Assembly (NCBI GenBank): GCA_039819425.1
Contig: JBCBSA010000001.1
Coordinates: 1-41,640, forward strand
Direction: 5' to 3'
Source: Planctomycetota bacterium
GTDB lineage: Bacteria > Planctomycetota > Phycisphaerae > Phycisphaerales > Phycisphaeraceae
DNA length: 41,640 nt
Positions 19,217-28,728 of this stretch are shown one piece after another. Made by a program: the position numbers and the translations under genes. Under the pieces are notes generated by a model that was given only the letters and a program-made list of their open reading frames with translations, did not search any database and was not told where the DNA came from. The first letter of the stretch is position 1. The number at the start of each line of letters is the position of its first letter.

Positions 19217-19591
19217 TCAGGTGGGGTGAGGCGCTGGGTGATGGGTCACGTGGCGCAGCGCCGGCAGCACCAGCGACTGCATCCGGGCGAACATCGCCTG
19301 CCAGTCGGCGACGGCCCCCCGGAACTTCTTCTCGCCGGCGGGGGTGAGCGCATACCACTTCCGGGGGCGGGCGGTGTCTTGTTCCCAGGTGGCGACGATC
19401 AGGCCGTCGGTCTCGAGGCGGTGCAGCAGCGGGTAGAGCGAGCCGGCTTTGATGGTCTGCCCCGAAGCGGCCCTGATCCGCTTCTGGATCGAGTAGCCGT
19501 ACTGCTTGCCGTCGGCGAGGACGGCGAGCACCATCACGTCCAGGCTGCCACGGAACAGGTCGCGGCGGGATTTTTCGTCGAGGTTAGACAT
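19217..19591 (-). CDS. PadR-family transcriptional regulator
   Basis: GSLDVMVLAVL, YGYSI, GSLYPLLHRLE..GLI, RPRKWYALT..G. Confidence 0.93.
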   Translation of the reverse strand: MSNLDEKSRRDLFRGSLDVMVLAVLADGKQYGYSIQKRIRAASGQTIKAGSLYPLLHRLETDGLIVATWEQDTARPRKWYALTPAGEKKFRGAVADWQAMFARMQSLVLPALRHVTHHPAPHPT

Positions 19592-19638
19592 ATCTCAGAT
19601 CAATATATCCAAATAAAATATATCTGCAAACAATATAT
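19588..19638. promoter_or_regulatory. Four A(T/C)ATAT boxes at 15-bp spacing; probable PadR operator and promoter
   Basis: ACATAT 19588, ATATAT 19603, 19618 and 19633; AT-rich island overlapping the padR start codon. Confidence 0.65.
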
Positions 19639-19655
19639 TTGAGTTTGTGGGGTGA

Positions 19656-21188
<1,533 letters not shown>

Positions 21189-21216
21189 GCTTCGATGCCA
21201 AATTAAATCACCCCCC

Positions 21217-21245
21217 GAAGCCCACGGATTCAATCGGTGGGCTTC
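21217..21245. repeat. REP-like hairpin between convergent atpD and araB
   Basis: GAAGCCCAC-GGATTCAATCG-GTGGGCTTC, 9-bp outer stem. Confidence 0.6.
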
Positions 21246-21259
21246 TCCACAGGCATCAC

Positions 21260-22978
21260 TCACGACGACTCGCCCCGCGCCGCTTCACGCAGCGCGATCA
21301 GTTCCTTCATCACATGCCCGAGCGCTTCCGGCGGGTCGGCCACACCCCCGAACGCGTCGTGCAGCTGACGGTACAGGCCGTACAGCTTGCGGTACGTCGC
21401 CACCGCCGCCGGATCGGGTCGGTACTCCCGATCCAGCGCCCCCGTCATCGCCGCCTGCGCCGCCGACGTGTCGGGGTGCGCCCCGCCGACCACGGCCCCG
21501 AAGATCGCCGCGCCCAGCGCACACGTCTGGCTCGCCCGGCTGACCCGCATCGGCCGGTCGCACACGTCGGCGTAGATCTGCATCGCCATCGGGTTCTTCT
21601 CGGCGATCCCGCCGCAGGCGATGACGCTCTCGACCGCGACGCCGTACTCCTCGATGCGTTGGATGATGGCCAACGCGCCGAACGCCGTCGCCTCGATCAA
21701 TGCGCGGTAGTGCTCCGCCGCTGTGGTGTGCAGGGTCTGCCCGACGAGTAATCCGCCGAGGCGCGGGTCGACCAGAACGGTGCGGTTGCCGTTGTTCCAG
21801 TCGAGAGCGAGCAGGCCCGACGCGCCGGGGGCGAGTTGCTCGGCCTCTTCGGTGAGTTTCTGGTGCGCCTCGCCGCCTTCCCCGTACTTCGCCGGCGTGA
21901 AGTGCGAGACCGCCCAGTTGAACAGGTCGCCCACGGCCGACTGCCCCGCCTCGATCCCGAACATCCCCGGCACCACCGACCCCGGCACGATCCCACACAC
22001 CCCCGGAATATCCGCCAATTCTTGGCTTCCGGGGGCGACCATGATGTCGCAGGTGCTGGTGCCCATGATTTTTACCAGCGTGCCGGGCCCGACGCCCGAC
22101 CCCACCGCGCCGTGGTGCGCGTCGAACGCCCCGACCGCCACCGGCAGCCCCGCCCGCAGCCCCGTCGCCTCGGCCACCGCCTCGGTCAGCCCCCCCGTTT
22201 TCCGGTCACACGCCAGCGCCTCCGACGCGTACCGCCCCCGCAGCGGCACCAACGCCGGGTCCAGCGACGCCAGGAAATCCTCGCTCGGCAAGCCGCCCCA
22301 CTCGGGGTGATACATCGCCTTGTGCCCCGCCGCGCAGACGCTGCGGGCCATCGTGTGCGGATCGAGGTTCCCCGTCACCCAGCCCGGCACGAAGTCGCAC
22401 AGCTCCACCCACGCGTACGCCGCCTCGAACACCTCGGGGTACGCCCGCCGGCAACGCAGGATCTTCGACCAATACCACTCACTCGAATACGTCCCGCCGC
22501 ACTTACGCAGATACCCGTCGGGATGTTGCTCCGCCTTCTCCGTGATCTCCGCCGCTTCGGCGTGCGCGGTGTGGTCCTTCCACAGCCAGGCCTGAGCCCC
22601 GGGGTTGTCGCGGAACTGTTCGTGCATCGCCAACGGCGTCCCGTCTTTGTCCACCGGGATCGGCGTCGACCCGGTCGTGTCCACCCCCAATCCCACCACC
22701 CGCTCGGGCGAAAACTCGGGATCGACTTCCGCCGCCGCCTTCACCGCCCCGGCCACCGACGCGTCGAACCCCGCCACGTAATCCGCCGGGTTCTGCCGCG
22801 CCAGGTTCGGGTCCTTCGCATCGACGATCACCCCCGCCTCGCCGGTCGGGTAGTCGAACACCGCCGCCGCCACTTCGCATCCGTCCCGGCAGTCGGCGAC
22901 CAGCGCCCGCACCGAGTTCGTCCCGTAGTCCACGCCGACGGCGTACCGCGGCTCCGCTTGATTCGACGATTCGCTCAT
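21260..22978 (-). CDS. araB: L-ribulokinase (FGGY family)
   Basis: GVDYGTNSVRA, DTTGSTP, LWKDHTA, YSSEWYWSK, AAGHKA, IMGTSTC, EAGQSAVGD, LDWNNGNR. Confidence 0.93.
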   Translation of the reverse strand: MSESSNQAEPRYAVGVDYGTNSVRALVADCRDGCEVAAAVFDYPTGEAGVIVDAKDPNLARQNPADYVAGFDASVAGAVKAAAEVDPEFSPERVVGLGVDTTGSTPIPVDKDGTPLAMHEQFRDNPGAQAWLWKDHTAHAEAAEITEKAEQHPDGYLRKCGGTYSSEWYWSKILRCRRAYPEVFEAAYAWVELCDFVPGWVTGNLDPHTMARSVCAAGHKAMYHPEWGGLPSEDFLASLDPALVPLRGRYASEALACDRKTGGLTEAVAEATGLRAGLPVAVGAFDAHHGAVGSGVGPGTLVKIMGTSTCDIMVAPGSQELADIPGVCGIVPGSVVPGMFGIEAGQSAVGDLFNWAVSHFTPAKYGEGGEAHQKLTEEAEQLAPGASGLLALDWNNGNRTVLVDPRLGGLLVGQTLHTTAAEHYRALIEATAFGALAIIQRIEEYGVAVESVIACGGIAEKNPMAMQIYADVCDRPMRVSRASQTCALGAAIFGAVVGGAHPDTSAAQAAMTGALDREYRPDPAAVATYRKLYGLYRQLHDAFGGVADPPEALGHVMKELIALREAARGESS

Positions 22979-23148
22979 GAATGAGTTTTACTCCAAAACA
23001 CACACCGCGGAAATCGCACACCATGCGGCGCGCACAACCCAGCCTCAATCTCGTGCAGAAAACCAAGATCGACCGAGATTTTTTTATGCCGCGGTCGACG
23101 CGGGATTTACTGTTTCGCGGGGGTGGGCTGTGGTAAGAAATATGCGCA

Positions 23149-23383
23149 CATCCGTGGCGGTTCGCCCCTTTATGTCGGCCGCCGTTTGCGGCGGGGCGCT
23201 GAACCTCGGCGAGGACCGCCCCGTCAACAGAACAGCTGTGCCGGGTCGGTGTACACGCGGCCCCCGGAAGAGTCCGGGGGTGCTTCGGGGCGTCGGCGTT
23301 CGCGGGTGAGCCCACCTCGCCGTGCGACACTCCCGGTTCGAGTCCCCCGCGTCGCCGGTCGAGGGCAAACGGCCCACGCGATG
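23149..23383 (+). ncRNA. ssrS: Probable 6S RNA (long rod with central bubble)
   Basis: 23149-23205 is imperfectly complementary to 23335-23383; 6S-like motifs GCGGTTCG, TGAACC paired with GGTTCG, CCCACCT, AACGGC; apical hairpin CCCCCGGA/TCCGGGGG at 23261-23280; TGnTAAGAA upstream at 23131-23139. Confidence 0.55.
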
Positions 23384-23468
23384 GTCGAACCCATCGCACC
23401 TCCGCAAGTTTCGCTTGCCGCGGCACGCTTCGGGGGGGCCGTCGAGCCCGCTCTTTGACAACCCGGAG

Positions 23469-24986
23469 TCAATCGGTGGGAGTGGGGCCGGCGTCGGGTG
23501 ACGGGGCGAGTTGTCCGGTGTGGCGGTAGTAGGCGCGGTGGAAGACGTTCTTGATCCAGGCTTCGGGGATCGGTTCGCCGGCGGCCTTGAGGGCGTCGAT
23601 CTTCTCCTGCAACGCGAGGTCTTGGGCGAAGCGCTCGCGGAGTTCGGGCTTGCGGCGGAGGTTGTCGGCGATGCGGCGGTCGGTCGCCTCGGCGGTGCGG
23701 CGGGCGGCTTCCTCGGCGGTGAGCTGGTTGTTGAGAAAGCTCTGTTCGTATTCGGTGCGGATCCGGTCCATAACCGGCGGGAGGATGTAGGGGCTGAAGG
23801 TCTTGCCGATGGCGATGGTGTCGGCGGAGCGGACGAACATGCCGTGGGCCTGCCACTCCCGTTCGCGGCCTTCGGGGCGGAGGTAGGCGTCGGTGGTGGT
23901 CAGTCGGGGGTTGGGCGGGAGGGCATCGGCGTCCTCGACGATCGTCTGGCTGTAGGTGTCGCTGGCGAGGTAGGCGAGGAAGAGCTTGGCCAGTTCGGGG
24001 TGTTTCGCGTCGGCGTAGAGGGCGACGCCGCGGGTCTCGATGGTGGTGTTGGGGAAGCCGGCGTGGGGCATCTCGACGACGCGGAGGCCGTCGATCTGGT
24101 CGTAGCGGCGGAGCTGGATGAGGTTGTGTCGGCCGCCGGCGATCATGGCGATCTGGCCCCGGCCGAAGAGCGTGAGGGCGCTGCCGCCGTAGTTCTGCTC
24201 GGTGGCGAAGGCCTGGGTGTCGTCGGCCGTCGGGATGATGTTCAGGTCGTAGACCCAGCGGCGGTAGGTCTCGAGGGTGCGGACCCAGCGGGGGTCGTCG
24301 AGGGCCGAGGCGGTGAGGGTCTCGTTCATCACGCTGAGCCCGAGCGAGCGGGCCATGATGGGCAGGGAGATCCAGTTCAGCAGGTAGCGCTTCTCGCGGG
24401 CGGGGGTGCCGGGCGGGTTGGCGCGGTCGCGGAAGGCCACGCCCAGGGCCTCGAACTCGTCCCAGGTCCATCGCTCGGCCGGCGGCTCGAGCCCGAAACG
24501 GCGTAGCGCCTCCTCGTTAACCCAAAGCAGCGCGACGCCGACGTTGGCGGGGTAGCGGTACTGCCGGCCGTGGACCATCAACTGAGGAGCGATCGCGTCG
24601 TAGGTCTGGTCCGGGCCGAAGCCCAACCGCTCGGCGTCGTCGGTGACATCGGCGATCACGCCCATGGCCTCGAAGAGGTACATCTCCTGCCCGATCAGGT
24701 CCATCAGGTCGCCGCCGACGCCGGAGACGGACTGGATGACCTGTTTGGTGGTGTCGCGGTTGGCGACGTCGAGGCGGAGTTCGACCACGGGCTCGCCGCG
24801 GTCGTCGACGTGGCCCTCGGCGACGAGCCATTCGTGGAACCGGGCGGCCTGTTCTTCGCGGGCGGGGTTGGGGTCGGTGACCCAGTAGATGACCGGGCGG
24901 GCGGTCTGGGCGTCGGGGAACGACAGACGCAAGCCGACGCTGGCCGCGACGAGCACGAGGAGTCCGATGACAAAGACGTACTTCAC
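23469..24986 (-). CDS. ABC transporter sugar-binding protein (SBP family 1), no adjacent permease
   Basis: N-terminal anchor, G.QY.YP..LLWVN, P...WTWDEF, LFG.GQIAM, KHPELAKLFLAYLAS. Confidence 0.85.
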   Translation of the reverse strand: MKYVFVIGLLVLVAASVGLRLSFPDAQTARPVIYWVTDPNPAREEQAARFHEWLVAEGHVDDRGEPVVELRLDVANRDTTKQVIQSVSGVGGDLMDLIGQEMYLFEAMGVIADVTDDAERLGFGPDQTYDAIAPQLMVHGRQYRYPANVGVALLWVNEEALRRFGLEPPAERWTWDEFEALGVAFRDRANPPGTPAREKRYLLNWISLPIMARSLGLSVMNETLTASALDDPRWVRTLETYRRWVYDLNIIPTADDTQAFATEQNYGGSALTLFGRGQIAMIAGGRHNLIQLRRYDQIDGLRVVEMPHAGFPNTTIETRGVALYADAKHPELAKLFLAYLASDTYSQTIVEDADALPPNPRLTTTDAYLRPEGREREWQAHGMFVRSADTIAIGKTFSPYILPPVMDRIRTEYEQSFLNNQLTAEEAARRTAEATDRRIADNLRRKPELRERFAQDLALQEKIDALKAAGEPIPEAWIKNVFHRAYYRHTGQLAPSPDAGPTPTD

Positions 24987-24992
24987 GCCATC

Positions 24993-24998
24993 AATGTA
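24993..24998 (-). promoter_or_regulatory. Putative -10 box (TACATT), leaderless SBP gene
   Basis: TACATT-gatggc-GTG(24986). Confidence 0.55.
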
Positions 24999-25096
24999 GT
25001 CGGCGACGCGCTCGCGCCGCCTCCGGACGCCGCAACCGGCGGTCGTTGACCGCCGGCTACGCCCCGCGTTCGGGAGCCAACACGGACGCAGAGCAC

Positions 25097-25129
25097 AAAA
25101 GAAAACCGCGGTTGGAGGCCGCGGCTTTC
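25097..25129 (-). terminator. Intrinsic terminator of the DUF2617-like gene
   Basis: Minus strand AAAGCCGCGG-cctccaa-CCGCGGTTTT-CTTTT, about 35 nt after the stop. Confidence 0.75.
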
Positions 25130-25163
25130 GCTCTAAGCGGTGATGTCACGGGCGGCCGCCTGC

Positions 25164-25706
25164 TCAGCGGACGATCTCGAAGATCGATTGGGTCCGCAGG
25201 ACGGTGCCGTTGTGGGCGATGAGGTGGTAGGACTGGACGTGGTATTCACGCTTGTACTTCTGGGCGTCGAGGACCGAGAGGTTGACGCCGGCGTCGGTGT
25301 CCCAGCGGTGGCTGAGCGAGCCGGTCTCCCGGGCGAAGTCCTCCATCTCGCGGAGGGTGGCCTGGTAGATGTTGTCCGAGAGCGATTCGGTCTGGACGGT
25401 GGTGAAGAACCCCAGCCGTTTGTCGGGCTCCATCTCGAAATCTTTTTCGCCCAGGCAAGGCAGGGCGTGGACGAGGCCGGAATCGGGCAGGTGGTCGCCG
25501 GCGTCGACCACAGTCTCGGTCATCTGCTGGCCTTCGATGGCGAAACGCACCACGTGTCCGCCGGGCGTGAGCCAGGTCTCGATCTCGTACTCGCCGTGGC
25601 GGTCGGTCCGACGGGCTTGGAGGTTAAAGAGCTCGGGGTGGAGGGCCCGGCTGTACAGCATCATTCGGAAAGTCGGAACATTAATGGACTTAGGGGTAAC
25701 GCTCAT
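25164..25706 (-). CDS. DUF2617-like conserved planctomycete protein
   Basis: LYSRALHPELF motif, 180 aa, strong RBS GGAGGAA before ATG 25706; family name from recall. Confidence 0.7.
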   Translation of the reverse strand: MSVTPKSINVPTFRMMLYSRALHPELFNLQARRTDRHGEYEIETWLTPGGHVVRFAIEGQQMTETVVDAGDHLPDSGLVHALPCLGEKDFEMEPDKRLGFFTTVQTESLSDNIYQATLREMEDFARETGSLSHRWDTDAGVNLSVLDAQKYKREYHVQSYHLIAHNGTVLRTQSIFEIVR

Positions 25707-25982
25707 ATATTCCTCCATCCGAGCGGTTTCAGGGCACGTCGATCTGTTGTTGAAACAGAGCCCTGCCCAGCCATCCTGGCCGAGCCGGTTCGAAGGGATT
25801 ATAGCCGTGGGTTTTCGGATGTGAACCCCGGTTATTCGATTTTGTCGAGGTTTCTGGGCATTAGGGGCCGCAAATACGGGAAACCGGGCGGCTCGGCCGA
25901 TGAGTCCGAGGGGTCCGGTCGATTTTAGGACCTTGGTATATGACGGATCGACGGTCTTGGGGGTGACGGACGGCAACATCGC

Positions 25983-27524
25983 ATGGCTTGGCACTACCGG
26001 CTGCTGGAACAGATCACCGCGGAGGCCGACCCGGCCCTGGCGGACCACCCGTCGGTGGACCGGGCGTTGGCGGCGGCGTGGTCGTCGGCCGAGCCGGGCG
26101 GACGGGGTCGCCTGGTCGCGTCGATGCTGGGGCGGGGTGGGCCGGCGGGGGCCGAGGCGTTGATCCGGCGGCGTCACGAGTTGGACGCCGTGTCGCGGGC
26201 GGCGCTGGCCGAGCGGGCGAAAACGAACGGCGGTAACAGAGATTTGACCCCCGCGTTGAGGCGGGTGCTGAAAGGGCCCGATGCGCAGGGACGCATGAAC
26301 GCCATCGAAATGATCGCCGACGCCGGAGACGGGGCGTTGGCGGACTTGCTGATCGATCGGCTGCACGACCCGAACGACGACGTCCGGGCGGCGGCCGGGC
26401 GGGCGTTGCTTTCACTCACGGACCGGGTCGAGGCGATGACGGCGGGCGAGGTTGTCCAAGGGGGCGGGGGGATTCGGGGGGCACAGCGGCTGGTCGAAGC
26501 GGCGGCCCGGGCGGTTGAACGGTTCGCACACCACCAAAATCTCGCGGCCTTGGAGGCGTGGTGCGTGGTGGCGGACCGCGGGCTGGCGGCGGGCGGCGGG
26601 GTGGTGGAAGCGTTACAAGACCCCGAACACGCGGCGGTCGGCAAGCTCCGGGAACTGCTGCGGACGGCGGCGACGGCCGACCAAGCCACGGCAACGCGGC
26701 GGTCGCGGGGTTTGGTGCCGGCGTTGGCGTTCGCACCCCTGGCGTTGGCGGCCGTGGAGGGGTTGCGGGGGCTGGCGGCCGCGGGCGGGGAGGCGATGGC
26801 TGAGGCGCTCAACGGGCGTGAGCACCTGCTGGACCTGCCGGCCGTGCGGCGGGGCCTGTCGCGGGCGGCGGACCCGGCGGGGCTGGTCCCGGCCGAACAG
26901 GAATTCCTCCGATTCCCGGGGGGGATCGGCGGGGTGTGGATCGATGCGCTGCCGCTGTCGGCTCACAGCAAGGCGGAGCGGTGGTGTGTATGGCTGGACG
27001 CGGCGGAAACCGATACCGCAACGGATCGGCTGGCGGTGCTGCGTCGGCTGCTGGCGGTGCTGGACGCGGAGCCCAAGCGGTCGCCGACGCGGTCGGCGGC
27101 GGCCGGAACGCTGGCCCGGCGGGCGGCCGACCCCGACGCCGCGGTCGCGCGGCTGGCCGTGGCGTGGAGCCTGGCGAGCGGAAACCTCGCGGCGGCGGAA
27201 CGAGACGGGGTGATGCACGCGGCGAGCCGGTCGCCGCGCCCGGCGGTGCGCCGATTGGTGGAGCGGCGGCTGGGGGCCGAGGCCTTCGATCGGTTGTGGC
27301 GGGCGTGGCCCCGGATGGACACCGCCCAACGCGTCGCCGCGGCGCGGGCGGCGCTGCGGACCGACCCGACGGCACGGGCCCGGCTCGACTCCCAACTCCA
27401 CCGCGGCGGCCTCGACCGCGAGCGCGCCCTCGAGATCGTCGTGTGCGTGCAGGCGCCCGCGGACGCCGGCCGGTCGAAGCCGGCGCAAGCGACACCGCCG
27501 GGGCAGGAGATCGCCGCCCGATGA
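25983..27524 (+). CDS. HEAT-repeat-containing hypothetical protein
   Basis: Ala/Arg-rich helical ORF with LIDRLHDPNDDVRAAAGRAL and AADPDAAVARLA HEAT-like units. Confidence 0.7.
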   Translation: MAWHYRLLEQITAEADPALADHPSVDRALAAAWSSAEPGGRGRLVASMLGRGGPAGAEALIRRRHELDAVSRAALAERAKTNGGNRDLTPALRRVLKGPDAQGRMNAIEMIADAGDGALADLLIDRLHDPNDDVRAAAGRALLSLTDRVEAMTAGEVVQGGGGIRGAQRLVEAAARAVERFAHHQNLAALEAWCVVADRGLAAGGGVVEALQDPEHAAVGKLRELLRTAATADQATATRRSRGLVPALAFAPLALAAVEGLRGLAAAGGEAMAEALNGREHLLDLPAVRRGLSRAADPAGLVPAEQEFLRFPGGIGGVWIDALPLSAHSKAERWCVWLDAAETDTATDRLAVLRRLLAVLDAEPKRSPTRSAAAGTLARRAADPDAAVARLAVAWSLASGNLAAAERDGVMHAASRSPRPAVRRLVERRLGAEAFDRLWRAWPRMDTAQRVAAARAALRTDPTARARLDSQLHRGGLDRERALEIVVCVQAPADAGRSKPAQATPPGQEIAAR

Positions 27525-28015
27525 TCGAGTGGATCACCGAAACCGGCTGCGTGTTGCTGGGGGTGATGGACGGGCTGTCGGCCGACGGTCGCTTGTTCAA
27601 GGGCGACCCCGGCGACGTCGGCCGGGCGGCGATGCGCGACGGCAGTCGGCTACGCGGCGAGGACGCGATGATCATCGTCGGCGGGTTGCTGACACTGCTC
27701 AGCGTGATCTCGTTGGTGGGCTTTCTCCGTCGACAGCGGCTGAGGCCGCACGCGCTGGTGCTGTTCAATCGGGTGGCGCGGCGTTCGGGGCTGACGTGGG
27801 CGGACCGGTGGCTGTTGTGGCGGATCGGGCGCGGGGCGGGCCTGCCGACGCCGCTAACGCTGATGCTCTGCCCGGGGACGCTGGGGTTCCACGCCCGTTC
27901 CGGAGCCCGCCGGCGAATGGGTAAGCGGCGGGCTACGCTGGACTTGGCCCGCGCCGCGTCGATCCGACGCCACCTCTTCGGGCCCGGGACGGGGCAGGCC
28001 GCGGCCGAGAAATAG
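27521..28015 (+). CDS. Small single-TM hypothetical protein
   Basis: ATG 27521 overlaps the upstream stop (ATGA); TM IIVGGLLTLLSVISLVGFL followed by a basic domain. Confidence 0.65.
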   Translation: MIEWITETGCVLLGVMDGLSADGRLFKGDPGDVGRAAMRDGSRLRGEDAMIIVGGLLTLLSVISLVGFLRRQRLRPHALVLFNRVARRSGLTWADRWLLWRIGRGAGLPTPLTLMLCPGTLGFHARSGARRRMGKRRATLDLARAASIRRHLFGPGTGQAAAEK

Positions 28016-28118
28016 GCCGATTGGCCCGAATATTCTGGCGGCTGCCTATGCTCTAGGTTCAACCCCGACCCCGCCTCAGCCCGGTCCCCACCCCGAACCC
28101 CCCGGACGGCCCGCCGCC

Positions 28119-28721
28119 ATGATGATCGAAATCGAAGCCAAACTCCGCCTGACCGACCCGCCCGCGTTGCACGAGAAGCTGCGTGAGCTCGATGCGGTCC
28201 GCGACCGCCAGATGCTCGAGACCAACACCTACTTCGACCGCCCCGACGGTGAGCTCAAAACCAGCGACCGCGGCCTGCGGGTCCGCGTCGAGCTCGACAA
28301 GGCCACCGGCAAGTCCGAGTGCCTGATGACCCACAAGGGGCCCCGCGCCCACGGCCGACTCAAGAGCCGATCCGAGACCGAGGTGGGCGTGAGCAACGCG
28401 CGGGCCGCGGCGCAGATGCTGGCGGTGCTCGGCTACCAGCCGGTGCTCACGTTCGAGAAGCGGCGCACACGTTACCTGCTCGACGGCTGCCGAGTGGAGA
28501 TCGACACGCTGCCCTACCTCGGCACGTTCGTGGAGATCGAAGGCAGCAACGAAGACGACGTCGTCGCGGTGCAGGAGAAGCTGGGGCTGGGCGATCAGCC
28601 GCTGATCCGCGCCAGCTACATCGTGATGCTGGCCACGCATCTGCGGGAAAACAACGTCCGTTCGACGGTGATCAAGCTGGAAGACGGCGACCACGTCAAC
28701 GTTGCCGAAAACGGCGTGTAA
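28119..28721 (+). CDS. cyaB: CYTH-domain protein (class IV adenylate cyclase-like)
   Basis: EIEAK (ExExK), YFD, LRVR, THKGP, EKRR, LGTFVEIEG, SY. Confidence 0.88.
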   Translation: MMIEIEAKLRLTDPPALHEKLRELDAVRDRQMLETNTYFDRPDGELKTSDRGLRVRVELDKATGKSECLMTHKGPRAHGRLKSRSETEVGVSNARAAAQMLAVLGYQPVLTFEKRRTRYLLDGCRVEIDTLPYLGTFVEIEGSNEDDVVAVQEKLGLGDQPLIRASYIVMLATHLRENNVRSTVIKLEDGDHVNVAENGV

Positions 28722-28728
28722 TCGACGG

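Noticed and set aside
23325-23360. tRNA/tmRNA-like GGTTCGAGTCCC T-loop sequence
   Set aside because: No cloverleaf, acceptor stem or CCA; the segment instead pairs with TGAACC in the 6S-like rod
23360-23420. GGGCAAAC resembling a c-di-GMP-I riboswitch start
   Set aside because: Lacks the GNRA-capped P2 and GACGCAAAG receptor, and no gene follows on that strand
25707-26366. Upstream 220 aa of the 400-aa ORF 25164..26366
   Set aside because: Overlaps the opposite-strand HEAT gene; a strong SD marks ATG 25706
26936-27520. Gly/Arg-rich N-terminal part of ORF 26936..28015
   Set aside because: Alternate frame of the HEAT gene; the real start is the ATGA-coupled ATG 27521
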